Assembly (NCBI RefSeq): GCF_032062105.1
Contig: NW_026933001.1
Span: 1-64,000 of the forward strand
DNA from: Saccostrea cucullata
Taxonomy: Eukaryota
Length of the DNA: 64,000 nt
Direction of reading: 5' to 3'
A program made the translations under genes and the position numbers. A model generated the notes under the pieces. The model searched no databases. It was not told where the DNA came from and saw only the letters and a list, made by a program, of their open reading frames with translations. Shown here one piece after another: positions 60,942-64,000 of the stretch (position 1 is its first letter; every line of letters begins with the position of its first letter).

Positions 60942-62282
60942 CAGCCGCGTCGAGCAGTGCTTAGAGGAGCGTCTGCTTTAAGAGTCAATAAGTAAGAAGT
61001 CAATCCTTACGTCGAGGGTTCGAATCCCACTGTACATAGTACAGTGTACATGGAGACCGGTCCTTCGAACAGAGGTCCCGTGTCGCAGTAGGTGCTAGCA
61101 CGAAAAAGATTCCTCCAGGCTCTATGGCCCTAAGTGCTCAGCATTGGACAAAATTTGCAACTGTCGATCGGCAAATGGTGGCGTCTCCATATACGAGGGT
61201 TGATCCAAAAGTTCGTGGAATTTCTCTCTAAAATTATATAGTGATTTTATGAAAGCAAACAACAGGCACATTCATAATATAGAGTCATAATGCAAATATA
61301 TTGGAAAATTTTACCACTTTCCAATTACCCATAAGGTCACACGAGCTTTCTGAAAACTGATAGTTGTGAAACCCAGGGGAGACTTCGACGTTACGTCAAG
61401 TTATATTTATGTCACGTCAATATGTCCAATTTGAATAAGTAGCTCTATAAAATCCTGCCCTTTTCTCCATTTTTTTTTCAAGAAAAGCCTGGGTATCCTC
61501 TTGCACCAATTCATCTTCATTTTTCACTCGTATTTTAAAATACTACCCATCTTTCCATATGATGTTCCAGTTTCAATAGCAATGTCAAGAACAGCACGGC
61601 AGCCGACAACGTTTATTAACGCTTTTAATTTGTATAGGGTTATACGCACTTAAACAGAGCCTCCAAAAAGCGACCGCACCTTTAATCAACGTCGATCCAT
61701 GGAAGTTCTATTCTTCTTAAATTTCTTATGCCACTGGAAAACCACTACCTAAATGCATTTTCCAAAGCCTATGTCAATAATTTACGCGTTTAAGGAAGAG
61801 TGATCCTGAGATTTTTACAAAACGCATGACTTGACCGAAATTTAACGTTGTCTAAGAACTGAAAGATGAACAATAAATCATCAACTAATAAACTAAATGT
61901 TTAGTAAAATCAGTAAAACTCTCACACAAAGGTTTATAAAAGATCAATCAATCGTAATATTGACATAATTTTCGTTATATATACCACATAGGGCGGTTCA
62001 ATTCTCATTTTACGTATTAAGAATTAAAAAAGAATTAATGTCTCCCCCGCATTTCCAAACAACCGTTTCTATGGCAGCTGCCATAGAGTTACTATCAAAG
62101 ATATTTAAAATGTTTTTTTAATTTAAAATATTCATCAAGTGTCTATATTTTCATTTGTAATTAAACCAATTCCACTTAAAAATGAATAAATTATGAAGAA
62201 ATTCCACGAACATTTGGATCAACCCTCGTAAGTGAAAAATTTTCGAGAGGGACGTTAAACAACATACGGTCAATCAATCAAT
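60942..62282 (+). mobile_element. tRNA-derived SINE split by a mariner insertion
   Basis: Head with A-box-like gcagtgcttagag and B-box GGGTTCGAATCCC; core gaggtcccgtgtcgcagtaggtg..gcacg.aaaagat; body ..ggtggcgtctccata | insertion | agtgaaaaattttcgagagggacgttaaacaa with a (TCAA)n tail. Confidence 0.75.
61194..62228 (-). mobile_element. Mariner (Tc1/mariner) element, deleted/degenerate, TA TSD
   Basis: TA-cgagggttgatccaaaagttcgtggaatttc ... gaaattccacgaacatttggatcaaccctcg-TA. Minus-strand remnants FQWHKKFKKNRTS and DIAIETGTSYGKMGSIL..RIPRL resemble mariner N-terminal HTH and WVPxxL regions, interrupted by stops. Confidence 0.85.
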
Positions 62283-63409
62283 TTGAGGCGCTTATATTTT
62301 TGCATGATATAAACAATATGTAAAATAACACTGTCGAAAAATCCAACGATCCAAGTACAAGTTTTGGTTTTTAATTAAAAAAGACCAGCATCTATATTAC
62401 GTAAAAATTAAACTCTGAGAACTGAGAGCATGGTTAATATTTTATGACATATCTATCATTCATAAAGCTCGATGATTAAAAAAAATCGTTGCATATCTAA
62501 TTGTATGATCACGGAACCAATATGACAAATTGCGACAATTTTGGACACTTTGTTAAAACATTTTTCAAGACAGTTTAAAAAACTGCCTTTTCTATACAAA
62601 TTGAGCTTAGGTCCTTTTATTAAATGATAACCAGTAAATATCAAAATGAATTTGTTAAGAATCATTCTGATTCTATACACAAGAATCCTGGAGATATTGG
62701 AATTGACAACGTTAAGTAATTTTTGTAGATCATGGCACAATTTATCTGCAAAAGGGCATGCTAACTTTTTTATGTCAAATTATCCCTCTTCTGACCGTGC
62801 TGGCTATGTTCATACACACATAGAATGTCTCAAAATAGACACTTTCATGTATTCTCACCGTGTAAACTAACTCGTGCAATATATCATATGTATTTCCTTA
62901 TTGGAGATGTTAATATGCTCTCCAATATAAAACACTTATCCTCCAAAGTTAAATGGGTGACAAACTATGATAGGAAAACATATTGTATGATCACCAATGA
63001 ATAAAATCGTTTTGAATCAACTAGGGAAAAGGGAAAAACTCCATTGCAGTGAAACCACTCATGACGAATTTACGTTTATAGCGATACGATTTTCAGTTTT
63101 GTTGTTTTAAAACTATATATTTTTACATTTGTATATTCCCCTTCACTTGCAATTGTATAATGTCGTAAAATGACTTTGTTTGCAAGAAACAATTCTTAAT
63201 TCAAAAATTAACTGATGTTTTCATATATATCTTTATCTAAAAAATTACAGAGTAATGAAATTTATTCTTAATCGAAAGATTATTTTTTTAAAGAGCCACA
63301 TATCTCTAATGACTCTTAAATAAGAATTAGTACATTCGCTTTTTTCACACGAATTTACCTACTTTGTTAAAAGATTATTGAAACAAATTACAATGAAACA
63401 CATGAAGAA

Positions 63410-64000
63410 CAGTATTCAAGGTTAAAAATCCATACACAATACAAAATAGGAACAGAGCAAACACGAACCCCAAAACATCAGAGGTTTGATCAGGTTCCAT
63501 GGAGGAGTGAGCATCTCCTGGCGACCAGTCACACCTGCCGTGTGCTCCTTGTCAAGATCGGGAAATACCGGAAAAATCCGTCGTCAATTCAGTGTTTAAA
63601 TATTGGACTAACAATTAGTATGAAAAACGTCAGTCAGCATTTGACTCAATAATAAATTGAATTTGCTGACAATGTCATAATATCGACCATAGAACTTACG
63701 AAATGGTGACTTTAAACTAGACTGCTGATATTCTTGTTTCAACTTGTTTGTAAATAATTTAACACGTTTTAGAAGTTGCATTCGTAGAGCATGTTCTTGC
63801 GTATCGAATCAAGTGAGAGATATAAACTCCGTATGAAGGTGATGAAGAAGTAAGAAAAGTTGACGATTGAAAAGATAGTCATCACGTTTATCATACAGTT
63901 TGATTGTTTAAGAAGTAATGTCCGCAACTTTTCTTTGATCTCGGCAATAATCGTAGTAGAATAGATTATCACTCACACTTTTCAAAAGCTCAACAGGATA
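63410..64000 (-). mobile_element. Penelope-like retroelement 3' fragment (degenerate), runs off window
   Basis: Minus-strand remnants LYDKRD..FSIVNF..YGVYISHLIRYARTCS..FRKFYGRY; shares ttagtatgaaaaacgtcagtcagcat..cgaccatagaacttacgaaatg with 33697-33786. Confidence 0.8.

Noticed and set aside
63020-63060. ISRE/NF-kB-like motifs upstream of copy A (gggaaaagggaaaaactcc; agtgaaacc)
   Set aside because: Imperfect matches are expected by chance in AT-rich DNA, and the transcription start site is unknown.

Overview
AT-rich, intron-rich eukaryotic DNA, most likely from an oyster-type bivalve (inferred from Cg170-like ~167-bp satellite units inside pearl/HINE-type elements). Four protein-coding genes were reconstructed by hand from GT-AG exons. 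On + are the 3' part of UCKL1 (1-6795) and a nearly complete IFT172 (10282-30872, ~47 exons). On - is a tandem pair of diverged HELZ2-like genes, each encoding an RNase II/RNB domain fused to a UPF1-like SF1 helicase (copy B 32646-42544, ~1631 aa; copy A 49207-60799, ~2035 aa). Both paralogues keep canonical nuclease and ATPase motifs, and neither shows the N-terminal zinc fingers or first helicase of vertebrate HELZ2. Copy A instead has a helical/TPR-like N-terminus and basic NLS-like patches. Copy B starts just before the RNB module and ends in a PTS1-like -ARL. Introns and intergenic DNA are dense with non-autonomous elements: HINE/DINE-like satellite carriers, MITEs/foldbacks, tRNA-derived SINEs, a mariner nested in a SINE, and Penelope-like RT fragments. 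There is one assembly gap (56869-57012). Other points: an apparently missing conserved IFT172 exon, candidate UCKL1 microexons and a transposon-borne RFX X-box array.
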